A stretch of DNA of 64,000 nt from Mobula hypostoma (Eukaryota): positions 37,884,001-37,948,000 of the forward strand of contig NC_086108.1 in the NCBI RefSeq assembly GCF_963921235.1, read 5' to 3'. The translations under genes and the position numbers were made by a program. Within the stretch, counting starts at the first letter, position 1; every line of letters starts with the position of its first letter. Shown here in pieces: positions 14,141 through 26,995 of the stretch. The notes beneath the pieces are model-generated. The model saw nothing but the letters and a program-made list of their open reading frames with translations. It ran no database searches and was not told the origin of the DNA.

Positions 14141-16173
14141 GAGAAAGTTAAGACAGGTTCAATTAAGATGTTCACTGATATGTTGAACTCTGTGCTTTGA
14201 AACGAATAATTTGAGGAACTGTCAATTCTTGTTGACATGGCTGGAACATTTTAAGCTTCTAGGGCTGTCTGTGAAACTGGATTCAGTCTTATGAATTAGA
14301 CCAAATGTAAATCCAGAAACAGACTGGAAGTGGAACTTTTGAATGTTAAGATGTGTCTTTCATCTTGGATGCAAAATTAATCTGGACAATGTTTACAGCC
14401 AATGGATTTGTAATAAATACCAGCGAGAAAAAGTTTACAAAATGTAAGAGACTTCCTTTGACGTACTGTACTTCATCATACCATACAATTAATAAATAAG
14501 ATCAAAAGTATGTGATTTTTCAATTTTCATTCTAAATATTCATGGTATACATATAACAAAATTAAAACGTTTGAAGATCTGCTCAGTTTTTAGGCCCTGT
14601 AAATATTTCCTGCTCCGAGCGATGGTTGGTCCATGCAGCTTAAAAAAATATTAGAGGGAATGTTGAATGCCTGTGATTGCCCACTTAATTATATTAACTG
14701 ATAACTAGGTGCCTTGGTAAAACAGACTTCTTCTCCAACTTTTCAGCTTAAGGAATGTTGACTGATAGCTGTAAATCTTAACAGATAATGTCACCATGGC
14801 AATGTAATACTGAGCCTGTAGTGAACAATCTCTAGAATCAATGAGATACAGTAATTGGAAAATAAAAAGCCAGAATGTGTGCAATCAATATAGAGTAAAT
14901 AAGATACAAAAAGGAAAATAAAAAGAGGAAAGAAAGAATGAGTTAAAAAAGTGAAAAAGATACCGTAAGTATAAGAAAAAAATTATAAGACTAATTTTAA
15001 GTATGTAAGGTGGAAAAGGATGAATAGCATTGGAGGTACTGTAAAGTGCAATATTGAAACACACAAGGCTTTTTAGTGAAACAGCCCTTTTCATAAGGTT
15101 AAAAAGTAGAAGGATGCATATCCAGCAACGTTTGGAAATTCGTAATTAAAAAAGACATCTCATACATGATAAGCAGCTGGTTGATTTTTGTGTTAACTAA
15201 AGTATACTTTCACTTCTCATATAATTTGCCCAGATGGAAACAAAGTTAAAAGTTTGGAGGTATTTGCTGTAAAATGAAGCAGAGGAGGACAACTGACTCC
15301 TGTATGAGCAAGTGCCAGGAGATCAGCTGGCTCCACAGAATAAACTGCTGATCACACTAACACTAATTAAAATCATTTTGCTGGATTGGCACATGTGTGC
15401 ATACTGTTGTTTCCTTTACTTCTGCATCAAAGAGGATTGGCTCACTAGGCCCCTGAAGACAGTATCAAGTCACTGGTAGGGAACGAAACAAGGCTCCCTG
15501 AGAGGAGAAGCTTTTCTTACTGAAGGTCATCAGCATGCCTTGCAATTTAACTACAATAATTTATGATAAAGTTAAAAGCCGTGAACTGTTTAATCCTTCT
15601 GGCTGAGAGGCTTACATGGACATATGACTCTACAAGCAAATTGACTCTAAATATCACAATGTGTGCTTGAGATTAAAATTATCAAACTGAATTGACACAA
15701 AACAGAGGACATTGTTAATTAGAATCAAAACTACTTTCTTTACTCATGAATTAAGGATGTGTTTATCATTATGTTGTACCTTACAAAAGACAGTGTGCAA
15801 AATATTATGCACAGTCCTATTTACATGAGCTCCAAATTATTTAAAACATATTTGATATTTTGAAACAGTTAATGTATTCAAATTTCACATAATATACAGC
15901 ACTTTCTATGTAGATTCAAATGAAAGAACTGATTAGCTAATTATAAATAAGAGGGAGAAATTAATGCTGGTATCTTTAGGGAACAACAGTACTCAAAGAT
16001 GATAAAAATAATAGGATTGTATCTGATATTAATATGTTATCTTCAAAATAGCAAACAAAAGCTCACGCAATTTGTTTGCATTTCTTTTAAGTACGTAGTT
16101 AATCACAGATTTAACAGTCATAATTCTAAAATAATGTCTTCCCTACATATTGCAAAAATTAATAAAACCTTAC

Positions 16174-16390
16174 TCAATTGTTGAGGATGCTTGCTCATCA
16201 GAAGGATTTGCTTCATCCTCCGAGTGGTCACTTAGAAGCTCACAGGCTTGAATAGATGAAACATCTCCTACTTCTAAAACTGGTGCAATACTAGACCTCC
16301 TACATTCTTTATCGGCATCTGAAGGAAGAGTCAAAGTTGGACCTGTTGGAGGTCGACACCTTGTATCCTGGAGGTCTATGGCTACTGTGC
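16174..16390 (-). CDS. KCNT2: KCNT2 internal exon (217 nt, phase 1 to 2), [71 protein letters not shown](E)
   Basis: Hand translation. acttttag|GC...TTGA|gtaag. RCK1-RCK2 linker of KCNT2 type, lacking the Gly-run of mammalian KCNT1. Confidence 0.93.
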
Positions 16391-16737
16391 CTAAAAGTAA
16401 ACGTTATGAAAATTATTAAAACAACTGCAAATGAATTAATATGTGTTAATAATATGTACATTGTGGCATTCAAAGATTTGTTAACAACATTAAAAATATA
16501 TCATAACAATATGGCAATCCCTCCTGATTTCTACATTACACACTATTGAAACTGGGTCACATTTTACTAGAACAGGACATCTCATGACACTCCGCATTAT
16601 TGTGAAATATTTGCTGGATGTAGGGCTGAGTGATTTAAGGAAATAAGCAGCAGATGCAACAAGGCATCTGGAAACTCGGCAATCAATGGATTAAGATAAA
16701 AATATTCTTTGCTACAAAGAAAGGCCGTAGATGAAAT

Positions 16738-16950
16738 TGTTCTTGTTCTTTTCCACACCTCGTGGCACCACGGGTGGCAAACCTGCCACTTTTTGAGCAC
16801 TTTGTTTGATTTTTAAAAAATGAGGCCGAGTTACTAGCTCGTCGCTCAACCCAGAATGGATGGAAAGAGAGCAAGTAGCCACTGGATTTGAATCTGGGAT
16901 CATTCACCTCAAAGTCCGGTGCGGATGTCACTGCACCACCAGCCAGCTAT
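16738..16950 (-). mobile_element. tRNA-headed SINE with an RTE-like middle body and (aagaac)n tail
   Basis: 11-bp TSD gtagatgaaat (16727-16737 and 16951-16961). A/B-box-like head and gggttgagcgacgagctagtaactcggcctc core. Confidence 0.82.
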
Positions 16951-17299
16951 GTAGATGAAATAGCATTGGGTAATTTGGGTGTCAAATCAAATCAAATGGA
17001 GAAAACAGAGAAAAGTTGGTAAATGAGGTTAACATGACAAAGAAAAATGAAAAGAAAGAATAAATTTAAATCTGATGTTTTTAAAAGTTCTCTAAAATCA
17101 CTTTGCAGCTTGAAGGGATGAGACTATAAATTTTAATTATTTACTAGTTCATGAGTGATTATTAACAATAAGTGATGACTGTTCATCACTTCACCCAATT
17201 ACACACATTTCATTTGCTCCATTCATTGTTCTCCTCAACCCTTTCTACTAGTTAGACCAAGCTGTAAATAAGGTCATTTGATCAATGAATGGATGTGAG

Positions 17300-18350
17300 C
17301 TGTTAGAGGGTGAGAACATATCTAGACAAAACAATGTGGGAGCTGTGACATTCAGAGCAGGAGGGCAAGCGCATCAGGTCAGGCTCACAGAGAGGACAAA
17401 AAGAGGGGAAAAAACAAGCTGAGTTAATTTTATGGACGTTAAGTGGCATTGACTGAAACATTAAGTTATCTGAAGCGGTATAATTCAGCATTGAGTGTAG
17501 AAGGCTGTTGCAATGTGCCCAGGCAGAAAATGAGTTGTGGTCCCTCGAGCTTGTATTGAGCCTTACTGTGACAGTATAGGAGGACAGAATCAATAGATAT
17601 GTCAGAGTTTGACTGAGATGAGGAATCACAGTGGCAAGCACTGGAAAACTCAGAGTCACTTACTGGTTTCTCCAATATACAGGAGCCCCATTGTGAATGC
17701 AGAATGCAGTACACTAGACTGAAAGAAGAGCCAGTGAATCATTGCTTCAACTGGAGAGTCGGATTGGTTCCTGGATAGTGGGGAGTGGATATATGAAAGG
17801 ACAGGTATTAACAACACCGACAGTTTCAAGGGAAAATGCTGCAAGAAGGGAGTGGTTAGTGAGTATGGGTGGACCAAAAAGATTGCCTAAGTAATCACCT
17901 TTGTGAAATGCTGAAAGTGGGTGAAGAGGGGAAAATACATCTGGTTGTGGGATTTCTCTGAAGGTGGCTAAAATTGTGGAGAATGATCCGTTAAAAAGAG
18001 AAGCTGGGGGGGGGGTGTGGTGAGGAAGGTAAGGACCAAGAAAAATTATTCTTTTATCCACCTGGAGGAAAGGGGGTGGGAGCAGATAAATGAGAAATGG
18101 GTGAAATGTGGTCAAGCTTTGTTGACAATAGTAAAAGGAAAACTGGTTCAAGAAAAAGGTAGATGTTGCAGTGACACCTGTGCAAGAAGTCTCATTATCA
18201 GAGCAAATACAACAGATACAAATGAAGTTGGAGAATTTCAGAGAGTCCTGATAGGAAACAAAGTAGGATGAAGATTATTTGAGATAGATAATGGAGTCAG
18301 TAGGCTTGTAATGGATAGTAGCTGTTGGCCTATCTCCTAAGATGCAGAAG
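17300..18350 (-). mobile_element. Degenerate Penelope-like element (GIY-YIG region)
   Basis: GLLYIGETSK in ORF 17656..17877, with similarity to the Penelope ORF at 58674. Confidence 0.72.
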
Positions 18351-18559
18351 GAGAGATTACCTCTAACAAATTCATCAGTTCCAACTTTTTGATGTGATTG
18401 CTTTTTCTCTGCCAAGTTATCATTTTTACAGTTTCCCCTCCTTTGAAGTTAAACCAAATTACCTGCAAAATGCTGAATTTATACTTACCCATTTTTAGAA
18501 CAAGTTGTAAATATTTGCATTTCCTGGGAACATCACTGTGAATATAAAATTCAGTCTCT

Positions 18560-18960
18560 GTTTTTGCTACCTAATTGCCTGATTATTTCCAAAATTCTCT
18601 TGTATCTAGGATTTCCAGCAACTACTAAATTCCATCTCACTGGTTTAGAATTTTTTTTTTCCTAATGCCCTTATTCATTTCCCTCTGTTCACACTCTTCC
18701 AGACAAATCAGCTGAAATTAATAATCATTCACCATCCTTTCATCAATAACATCAAAAGCACACCTATCTCTAGTTTCCACAATCTGTAGGTCGTTCCTTT
18801 GTTCCCTCCACTCCTCCCTTTCTCTGGAACTTAAATCGAGCATGGTCTCTCACATTCTCAGTTCCAATGAAGGGTCATTGATCTGAAACACGAACTTTGT
18901 TTCTCTCTCCATAACAGCTGCCTGAGCTGTTGACTATTTCCAATGCTTTGTTTTCATTTC
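18560..18960 (+). mobile_element. Old Penelope pseudo-LTR remnants
   Basis: Degenerate hammerhead-like gttccaatgaagggtcattgatctgaaac followed by gctgcctgagctgttga. Confidence 0.55.
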
Positions 18961-20714
18961 TGTCAATTCTCAATTCTAAATGAATATCCTGGATCATTCC
19001 AGGTAATTGTCTCCACTACAGTAATAACTCTGTCAAAGATTAAAGCCCACCACCTCCCAATAAATCTGCCATAGCATGCCAGCACTCCCTTTCCTGTCAA
19101 ACTACCTTTCCTGAACACTATTCCATCATTTTCATCCCATATGGTTAACTGCATCCTGAAAGCCTTAATATGGTTTAGAATGATTGCTTCATGTACTGTA
19201 AACCTATCATACTCCTTCAAGTACTCTTTCTTGGTCTAATCCTATCTAAAAAAAAAATAATTCTTCTTGCTCTGAAGTTATTGCTCTCTTTCAATCCTTC
19301 GTGCACCTTTTTTTACGGATTTTCTATACTACTTTCTGATATCTATCCCATGCAAGTTTGTCTAAACCCTACTAATAAACCTTCCAACAAGGAAGAGTGC
19401 TGTTCTGAGGTCCAACTCATTGTGCTTGTATAATCACCGCTTCCCCATAAATTGGTTCCAATGGTCCTTAAATCCAAAGTCTCCCTGCAGTAACATTCCT
19501 TCAGCAATGCATTCATCTGCACAGCACTCCAACGTTTTACAAAATGGCACGTGGCCTTCACGGTCCTGTTTCATCAATCCTTTCTTAACTTCTTAAAATA
19601 TGGAACAATGCAAAATTATTGACACAAATGTTAGCATTTATAATCAACTATAACTTAAATGATTTATGTGAAGAAATGATATCCATATATGGAAAGTTAG
19701 TGTTTCAGATACCCAATAAAGACACCCAGGCAATAAACCTCATGTCAGGATATTTTGAATTGACATTAGTTTGTATGATACTCGAACTCATCAATTCATG
19801 TTTTTCCTTGATTATACTACAGATTTATCTGGACTATTCCTAAACTATTCCCCACAGTCAATGAAGGATAGCTGAAAATATTGACAAAGTTTGTCCTGAG
19901 ATTTCTGATAAACAGCAATTGCAGGAAATTTTTCAAGTCAATTTCATAGATGCTCATAGTAAATAATAGAAGTTTCATAACTACAAATAGCAGCCCAATT
20001 AATCTTTCTATGATCGACTGTGGTGGTTGTTAGGCTTCTAAATTTTCATAGAACTGTTAGTACATTTGTATAATTCTTTTTCATGTTTCTCAAACCCAAG
20101 TTATTTGAAAAATGTTGCCGTAGTTTTTGCAATTACAATGATTGTGAAAATAGTTGTATTTACTTTCATTATATCATGAAGCTTACAAGGATTCCAGGCA
20201 AGTGCAATTTAATGCCAAAATCATAACGATGATGACAACATTTCATTTGAGCCCTATCATTAGTGTTTTCCTTCTCCACAGGAATCAAAGAAAATCAATT
20301 GAATTTCCATTACTTATTGGAAAACACCCTGAATAATGCCACACTTCAAGTCTTAATAGCATACTTTATTTATTCTCTCTCTAATTTTGAACTGTTATCG
20401 CTGCACAGTAACAGTAATTTAAAATACACTCAGTCATTTTGCTAAAGTAGATTCAAAGTCCATGGCTTGCAAATCAGGCTTGTCTCTACAGTCACTTCCT
20501 AGGAAAGGCAGCAACGTAGATTAAAGTCGGTAGAAGAAGCAATAAAAATCACGTATTTGCTTGCTGGAATTGCAACCAAAGTTCTCCCGTTGAATGCACA
20601 TAAAGTGCAACTTTTACGTTTTGGAATTTCAAGTGGCAGCAAGTACATTTCTGGAATAAACATTCTGGGGACTATTACAGAAAATACCTCCAAATTAAAG
20701 ATTAGGGTTAGTTT

Positions 20715-20970
20715 TATTTTTCACATGAACATCAAGACATAGAATGAAATGTGTCATTTTGCATCAATGACCAGCACAGTCCGAGGATTGTGCTGAGGAC
20801 AACCCGTAAGCGTCACAGCGCTTCTGATGCCAACATAGCATGCCCATAACTTACTAACCCTAACCGTATAATCTTTGGAATGATGGAGGAAACCCCTGTG
20901 GTCACGGGAAGAACATACAAACTCCTTACAGAGAGCAGCAGGAATGGAACCCTGATCAGTGACCCTGGCA
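20715..20970 (-). mobile_element. V-SINE subfamily with a non-CR1 tail
   Basis: Minus strand gggttccattcc B-box-like site and tgtaaggagtttgtatgttcttcccgtgacc V-domain. A similar tail sits at window positions 25-90. Confidence 0.7.
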
Positions 20971-21079
20971 CAGGAATGGGATGGGTTAGTCACTAGTACA
21001 TGTTTGATGTGAAAGGATTTTGCTATATAATACAACCTTACTTTAACTTGTATATTATAATGAACTAAAAGGTTAAACA

Positions 21080-21640
21080 GTAGCTCCTACACCTAATAAA
21101 GTGGCCACTGAGTGTATGTTCATGAACTTCTGCTACTGTAGCCCATCCACATCAAGGTCCAATGTGGTGTACATTCAGGGATGCTCTTCTGCACAGCACT
21201 GTTGTAACATGTGGTTATTTTAGTTACTGTCATCTGCCTGTCAGCTTGAACTTGTCTGGCCATTCTCCTTGGACTTCTGACACTGACAAGGCATTTTCTC
21301 CCCCACAGAACTACTGCTCATCGGATGTCTTTTTTTTCTGGGTTTCTTTTGCACCATTCTCTGTAAACTCTAGAGACCATTGTGCAACCAAATCCCAGGA
21401 GATCAGCAGTTTCTGAAATACTCAAACCACCCCATCTGGCACCAAAAATTATTCCACAGTCAAAGTCACTTAGATCGTATTTCTTACCCATTCTGATGTT
21501 TGGTCTGAACAACAACTGAACCTCTTGACCATGTCTGCATGTTTTTATGCATTGAGTTGCTGCCACATGATTGGCTAATTAGATATTTGCATTAACGAGT
21601 AGGTGTACTGGTGCACCTAATAAGATGGCCATTGGGTGTA
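21080..21640 (-). mobile_element. Non-autonomous Tc1-like element with a transposase N-terminal remnant
   Basis: MGKKYDLSDFDCGIIFGARWGGLSISETADLLGF...VSRVYREW (HTH region). TIR-type motif acctaataaagtggccactgagtgTA at 21091-21116 and a variant at 21615-21640. Confidence 0.85.
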
Positions 21641-21863
21641 TTCATGATTGTAAACTGACTCACACCACGGCATCCAGCAAATAGCAAGCAAAAATATTCT
21701 CTAATTGCCCAATTGCTACCCTTGCAGAAATCAGTTCTCTGGCATAGTATGTGGATCAAACTTTCCTGATCTGTTTACTTCACAACCAGCCATTCCCCAC
21801 AGGAGTTTAGAACTTGCAGATAATAATAAATCAGCAGAGGATTGATGTGATTGTTATGCTTAC

Positions 21864-22093
21864 CCATACTGGCAATGATGCTGTGAACAGGTAATCTGGA
21901 AGCTCCGTGATACATAGTATTTGATATACTATTTATGCATTGTTCATTTTGCTTAATAAATGCTGAGTTTTCTTCCTTGGTAATGTTAATATAAAAACAG
22001 ATATCTGTAGAACTCATGATATATTGAGGACCAGGATTAAGTAAAATATTTTTGTTTTCTTCTCTCTTTACAGCAATTAGACAGGCTCCGTAC
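21864..22093 (-). CDS. KCNT2: KCNT2 internal exon (230 nt, phase 2 to 1), [76 protein letters not shown](G)
   Basis: Overlaps ORF 21775..22017. aatttcag|GTAC...ATGG|gtaag. Confidence 0.94.
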
Positions 22094-22189
22094 CTGAAAT
22101 TGACCAGAAAAAGTAGGTTGAAGAGATTGAATTCTTTATTGGATTCATGGACACAATATTTTACTTATAATGAAATGTGAATTTTAAAT

Positions 22190-23080
22190 AAAAGCAGAAA
22201 ATACTGGAAGCACCATAGTCAGTCAGAGTTTTTGGCCTGAAACATGACCTTGATTATCTCCTTATAGATGCTGTCTGAGTTTTCTGGTATTTCTTGTTCT
22301 TGTTTCCGATTCCCAGCATCTGAGGTTTCTTTTGATTTGACTTTGTTTCTTCACCTGGTCACTTTTACTGTTTTCTCTGAAATTACTGGAACAGCCCCAA
22401 TAGTAACTTTACACACAGACAAAACCTGAATGCAAATACATCAAATATAAAAGGCTAAGAACTCATGTGAAGTCGAGAAGAGAAATTCAAGTGCGGCCTA
22501 AAAGGCCTTGGATCCACCTGTCTAAACAAATCGCAACCAAAACAAAGGCCTCAGTCACAAGTTATCAGATACTGCAGGTTTTCGTGTTTAAAGTATATCA
22601 CCAGTTTCTTCCTTCCTGGGGCTGGTTTCTAGAGGAGTGGTGAAGGACACTCAAAGCACAGTGAATGAGTGGACCGGTTAGGACATGGAAGGCTGGAGTT
22701 GACTGTGCAGGCCAGCTAAAACGACTGGGTGAGGGGTCACTATTGGCAAGAACAATACTGGTCAGAGGAAAGAGGTGCAAGGGGAAACCAGGGAGGTCAG
22801 CATGAAACTACAGGAGAAGAAGGATCAGAAACAAAGGTTGGTGTGAGAGAAGGAGTATCAGAGGAGGCAGAGATCAGGGAGGCCAATGGAAAATCAGTGC
22901 TGAAGTGCAGGAGTGAAAATAGCCGAAGAACCTCAGGTAGCCCAAGAAAAATGCGGTTCAAGTTTTCTTCAGTGCTTCAAGGAGATCACCATACAGAGAA
23001 TGATGTTGCTCTGTGCAGATCCGAGAGGAAAATTGCAAGGGATCATAGGTGGAAGTGCCCATATGAATTCTATAATTAAT
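22190..23080. mobile_element. Old Penelope remnants (about 22190-22335 foldback, about 22600-23080 minus)
   Basis: gcagaaaatactggaa...cctgaaacatga...tagatgctgtctgagttt pseudo-LTR motifs. Confidence 0.5.
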
Positions 23081-23879
23081 GTGGCTTGATGGGAAATGGC
23101 TGCAAATGTAACTTACTCCATGTTCTATCAATTTTAGATCCCCAAGTCGTAAAAAAGTGAGCATATTTGAATTTCTGAGCAAATATGATTGATATAAGCA
23201 GATAATTTTATTGGGAGTAGTTGTGAGAATTACAGTGATGCATCGTTTGTGATGGATTTAAATATTTCCTTGGACAATTTTGGCTGATCACAGTTACATT
23301 AGGAACACTTACCATGAGTAGATTAGTATTTGCACTGGCCATCAATTTTGAGGATAAATTAAGGCATAGAAAAAAATATATATTTATAGCCAATTAACCC
23401 ACTAACCCACATAATCCCCAGAATACTGGAGAAAACTGGTTTGTTGGAACTGTGAGGCAAAAGCACTTTTAAGTTCTGCCTCCCTGTGGAAACAAACACA
23501 TTCTATGAGCTGTGCAACTGTGCCACTCACATCTTTTGACTCTCTTTTCATGCAACTTGGAGTGATGTTTTAGTGCGGACTGAAGCCAGACATCTCCTGC
23601 GACACACCTTTGATCATGTGTCTGTTAGTGACTTCTTGTGAGATCCATTTGGCTTTTGAAATGGTACAGTTAAGTATAGGGTCAAAGGGCCTTGCAAGGC
23701 TTCAGGTGTTCCAGTACCAGTGGATGAGAAACTAATTTCCTTGGAAGTCATAGCATCACAGTAAACAGATAAGGGAACGCCCACCATGTGCAGGGTGCTG
23801 AGTTTGACATGTGACTCCAAAGATATACCATAATAATGCAAATATGTCCACACTGGATCAATAGCAAAGAACTGTACAG

Positions 23880-25070
23880 ACCATGGTGGCCAAAGGATGT
23901 ATACATTAGAATGCTGTTTCTGGACGACAGTTCAGCATTCAACAGCATAATTCCCTCCAGACTTGAAAGGAAGCTCAGAGACTTCGGCCTGCACCCTGCC
24001 GTCCTGTTGGATCTCCGACAGGTAGTTAGAATGGGCTCCCTCACTTCTGCCCCTCTGACCCTCAACACAGGTGCTCCCCAGGGTTGTGGCCTGAGACCCC
24101 TCCTCTACTCCCTTTACACCCACGACTGCGCTGCCACACACAGCTCCAATCTGCTGATCCATTATGCAGATGACATGACTTTGATTGGCCTTATTTCTAG
24201 CGGTGAAGAGACAGCCTACAGAGGAGAGGGGGACACCCTGACACAATGGTACCAAGATAACAACCTTTCCCTCAATGTCCAAAAAAAACAAAAGAGCTGA
24301 TTGTGGATTACAGCAGGAACGGAGACAGGCTCGCCCCGATCAACGTCAATGAGTCTGCAGTTGAGAGGGCGAGTAGTTTCAAGTTCCTCGGTATACACAT
24401 CACCGATGATCTCTCCTGGACTGTACACACCGGCTGTGTGGCAAAAAAAACACAGCAGTGTCTCTTCCACCTCAGGCAACTGAAGAAGTTCAGCATGGGC
24501 CCCCAAATCCTCAAAGCCTTCTACAGGGGCACCATTGAGAGCATCCTGACTGGCTGCATCACTGCCTGGTATGGGAACTGTGCCAACCTTGATCGCTGGG
24601 CACTGCAGAGATTGGTACAGACAGCCCAGCTCATCTGAGGATCTGAACTTCCCTCCATTGAGGACAGTTATAGCAGCAGGTGCAGAAGGAAGGTCTGGAA
24701 GATCATCAGGCACACCAGTCACCCCAACCATAAACTGTTTCAGCTGCTTCTGTCTAGCAAATGCTACCACAGCATTAAAGCTAGGATCAATGGGCTTCTT
24801 TCTACAAGCCATTGGACTTTTAAATTCACATGTCTGTGCATTGCTACAGAGTCATAAAGCAAAAATTTTTACTCCCTTTCATCGTGGGATGGATATAAGA
24901 TTTAAATAAATTCTAACTCTAATTCTGACTCCTAACTCCCCTCTCTGTACCCAAATCCATCCTTACAAACCTACAGCAAACAATTAAAAACATGTCTGTA
25001 CACTGCAACAGAGTCATAACACAAAGATTTTGACTCCATCATGTTGTGGGATGGATGTAAGATATAAATA
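23880..25070 (+). mobile_element. Rex1/Babar LINE fragment with a second related 3' tail at about 24965-25070
   Basis: YIRMLFLDDSSAFNSIIP, TGAPQGC, YADD, FKFLGIHITDDLSW, FYRGTIESILTGCIT. Confidence 0.88.
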
Positions 25071-25071
25071 A

Positions 25072-25150
25072 ATAGATAGATAGATAGATAGGTAGATAGA
25101 TAGATAGATAGATAGATAGGTAGATAGGTAGATAGATAGATAGATAGATA
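25072..25150 (+). repeat. (GATA)n microsatellite with GGTA interruptions
   Basis: Directly visible. Abuts the aataaa end of a LINE tail. Confidence 0.97.
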
Positions 25151-25860
25151 AATAGTGTATGTCAATGGACAAAATTAATCTTCAAAATACTACTGGTGAT
25201 GCTGTCCATTCCCAGACCAGGTTGGATCTGGTCATCACCTTGGCAGGTTTTTTTTACATGGTTTCATAAGGTTAATATATGGTCCAGCTTCACATTGAGA
25301 AAGGTCAGATTGTGTTCACCCCACCACAGATGGTTATTTTAGGAGTGTGCTTAGTGTTTATTATCAAGAGGGAATGTAGTTTTGAGGTGGTGTGTATGAA
25401 TGATCTAGAAATATTCCTGCATCAGGATAGAAGCCACTTTTCAAGATGGACTACATCTTTGCTGGCTGCAACGGCAGGGCTTTGCAATCCTAATTGTAAG
25501 TTTGCACAATTATCACTGAAAAGCTTTCCTCAGCTAGACTAAAGATTTCAAAACCTTGTCATAGACCACTGATAAGAAACCACAGCACAATAACATAAAT
25601 CACCCATACTGATGTATCACTTACATAAATTATCCAAACTGACATATAACTAACTGCTGCTCGGTATGTTCTATAACAGGTACAATGTCCCGATGCAAAC
25701 CAGATAGAAAATGATCTCAATAGATATACGTCCTGTATGCAAGTTGCAAAGACTGGAACACTTCCTTTCTATCATTATTCTACAACAGTGTAAGAGTTCC
25801 ATCATAATTTTAGGATTGGATTATTTAAGAAATGGCAAAATCTTCATGAAGGTATATATA

Positions 25861-26215
25861 GAGTGACGCTCTGGGGGAGGAGGGGAGGCGTGATCGACGG
25901 CCTGCCCCTGCGTTTCTAACGACCAGCACTGTTTACTGTTCTTGTGTTAAAATGCTTTTGTGGGATTATGGTGGGAAGTTCCAGTTCATTTATTGTTACA
26001 TTTTAGATTGGGTTATACGGTTATTTGCTTGTGTACTTGTGGTCACCCTGACTGTAACTGGGATGTGTGATGGTCACCTCCCCCGTCGGTGTGAGACTGG
26101 TTGAGTTCACTCTCCAGGTCATGGTGTCCAGTCTGTTTTGTGTCATCACAATAGAACGGTTGTTGAGTTCAACGAGCTTCCTCGTCTGTCATTATGGACC
26201 AAATGCTTGCCACTA
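25861..26215 (+). mobile_element. Candidate solo LTR (Gypsy-like AGT...ACT termini)
   Basis: Termini gagtgacg...ttgccacta in a TA-rich site (tata/aata flanks), about 355 bp, no coding remnant. Confidence 0.4.
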
Positions 26216-26314
26216 AATACATATATACATAAGTTGCAATTTTGCCAGCCAGAGGTTAGCTAATGCGAATTCCTCAGCACTTTGGAAATCCGTAAAAGTA
26301 ATTGGACAAAGAGT

Positions 26315-26595
26315 CATCGTCATCCTTATGAGCCACGTCGTATGATGTGGGCAATTTTGGTCTTTCATTTGTCTTAAATCTGAGAAGTTCTAATAAGCTC
26401 TTCCAAACTTTTACTTGTCCACCCCATGATGTAACTCATGAATGTCATGCCCTATTGACCACAACTTTTTCTTCCATCAATCTCTCCCGTCGCTGCAAGG
26501 TGTTTGAGCTTCTCTTTCCTCAGTAATTTCCCAGAAATTTCAGCTGCCATTTCCTGATTGATGATATCAACTCTTCTTATTTTGGCTTTTCACAA
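26315..26595 (-). mobile_element. RTE-type LINE 3' remnant
   Basis: Minus translation LRKEKLKHLAATGEIDGRKSCGQ resembles an RTE C-terminus. (gat/gac)n tail. Confidence 0.6.
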
Positions 26596-26845
26596 CACCT
26601 TTTCCTTTTTTTATTTGTATTATTCAAAAATACACATTTGAATGAATAAGAACTAATTGCTGTTAAATCTGGTTAACTCAGATTTCTAACATTTAAAGGT
26701 AAAACAGTATTATTTTACTCAAGTGCATATACAATTCAATACTTTAAGTATCACCAGCAGGAAAATTTAAAAAATTGTGAGTCAGTACAACTGCTGAGCT
26801 AATAATCCAAGATGATTTAAAAATTAGGATTTAAAAAATTCTTAC

Positions 26846-26995
26846 TTTTTATGTGCATGAAAGGAAGTATAGGTAAAGCTCTTGCCCTCATATTCGGCAA
26901 AAAATGTGCTGTCTTCCATTTTAATGTGATAGACTTCATTGGCTGAGCATTTGCCATACATCTTCTGCCACTGCTCATGTGTTTGGTGGCCATCT
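26846..26995 (-). CDS. KCNT2: KCNT2 internal exon (150 nt, phase 2 to 2), [49 protein letters not shown](K)
   Basis: Hand translation. tttttttcccag|AG...AAAA|gtaag. Frame continues from the previous exon. Confidence 0.94.

Larger units (their letters stand above)
10230..14665 (+). mobile_element. Decayed hAT DNA transposon (transposase pseudogene) with three nested retroelements; left boundary uncertain
   Basis: N-terminal CxxC...WKLDNLK*HL...H zinc-finger-like piece (about 11380-11510), LRWLS (about 13293), HLDNRFP (about 13670), hAT dimerisation-like ASRAVCETGFSLMN*TKCKSRNRL (about 14255-14326), terminus ttagagggaatgttg at 14651-14665. Confidence 0.78.

Noticed and set aside
15521..15538. 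Possible 18-nt frame-preserving KCNT2 microexon (aag|GCATGCTGATGACCTTCA|gtaag on the minus strand)
   Set aside because: Good donor, but an AAG acceptor with no polypyrimidine tract and no homology I know of. Likely chance. RNA-seq junction reads would be needed.
22729..23079. 116-aa charged plus-strand ORF as an antisense gene
   Set aside because: It overlaps the purine-rich antisense strand of a decayed Penelope remnant, with no splice or homology support.
24971..25165. Repetitive ORF (IYLS)n or a CRISPR-like array
   Set aside because: It is the translation of a GATA microsatellite, with no spacers and no cas genes.
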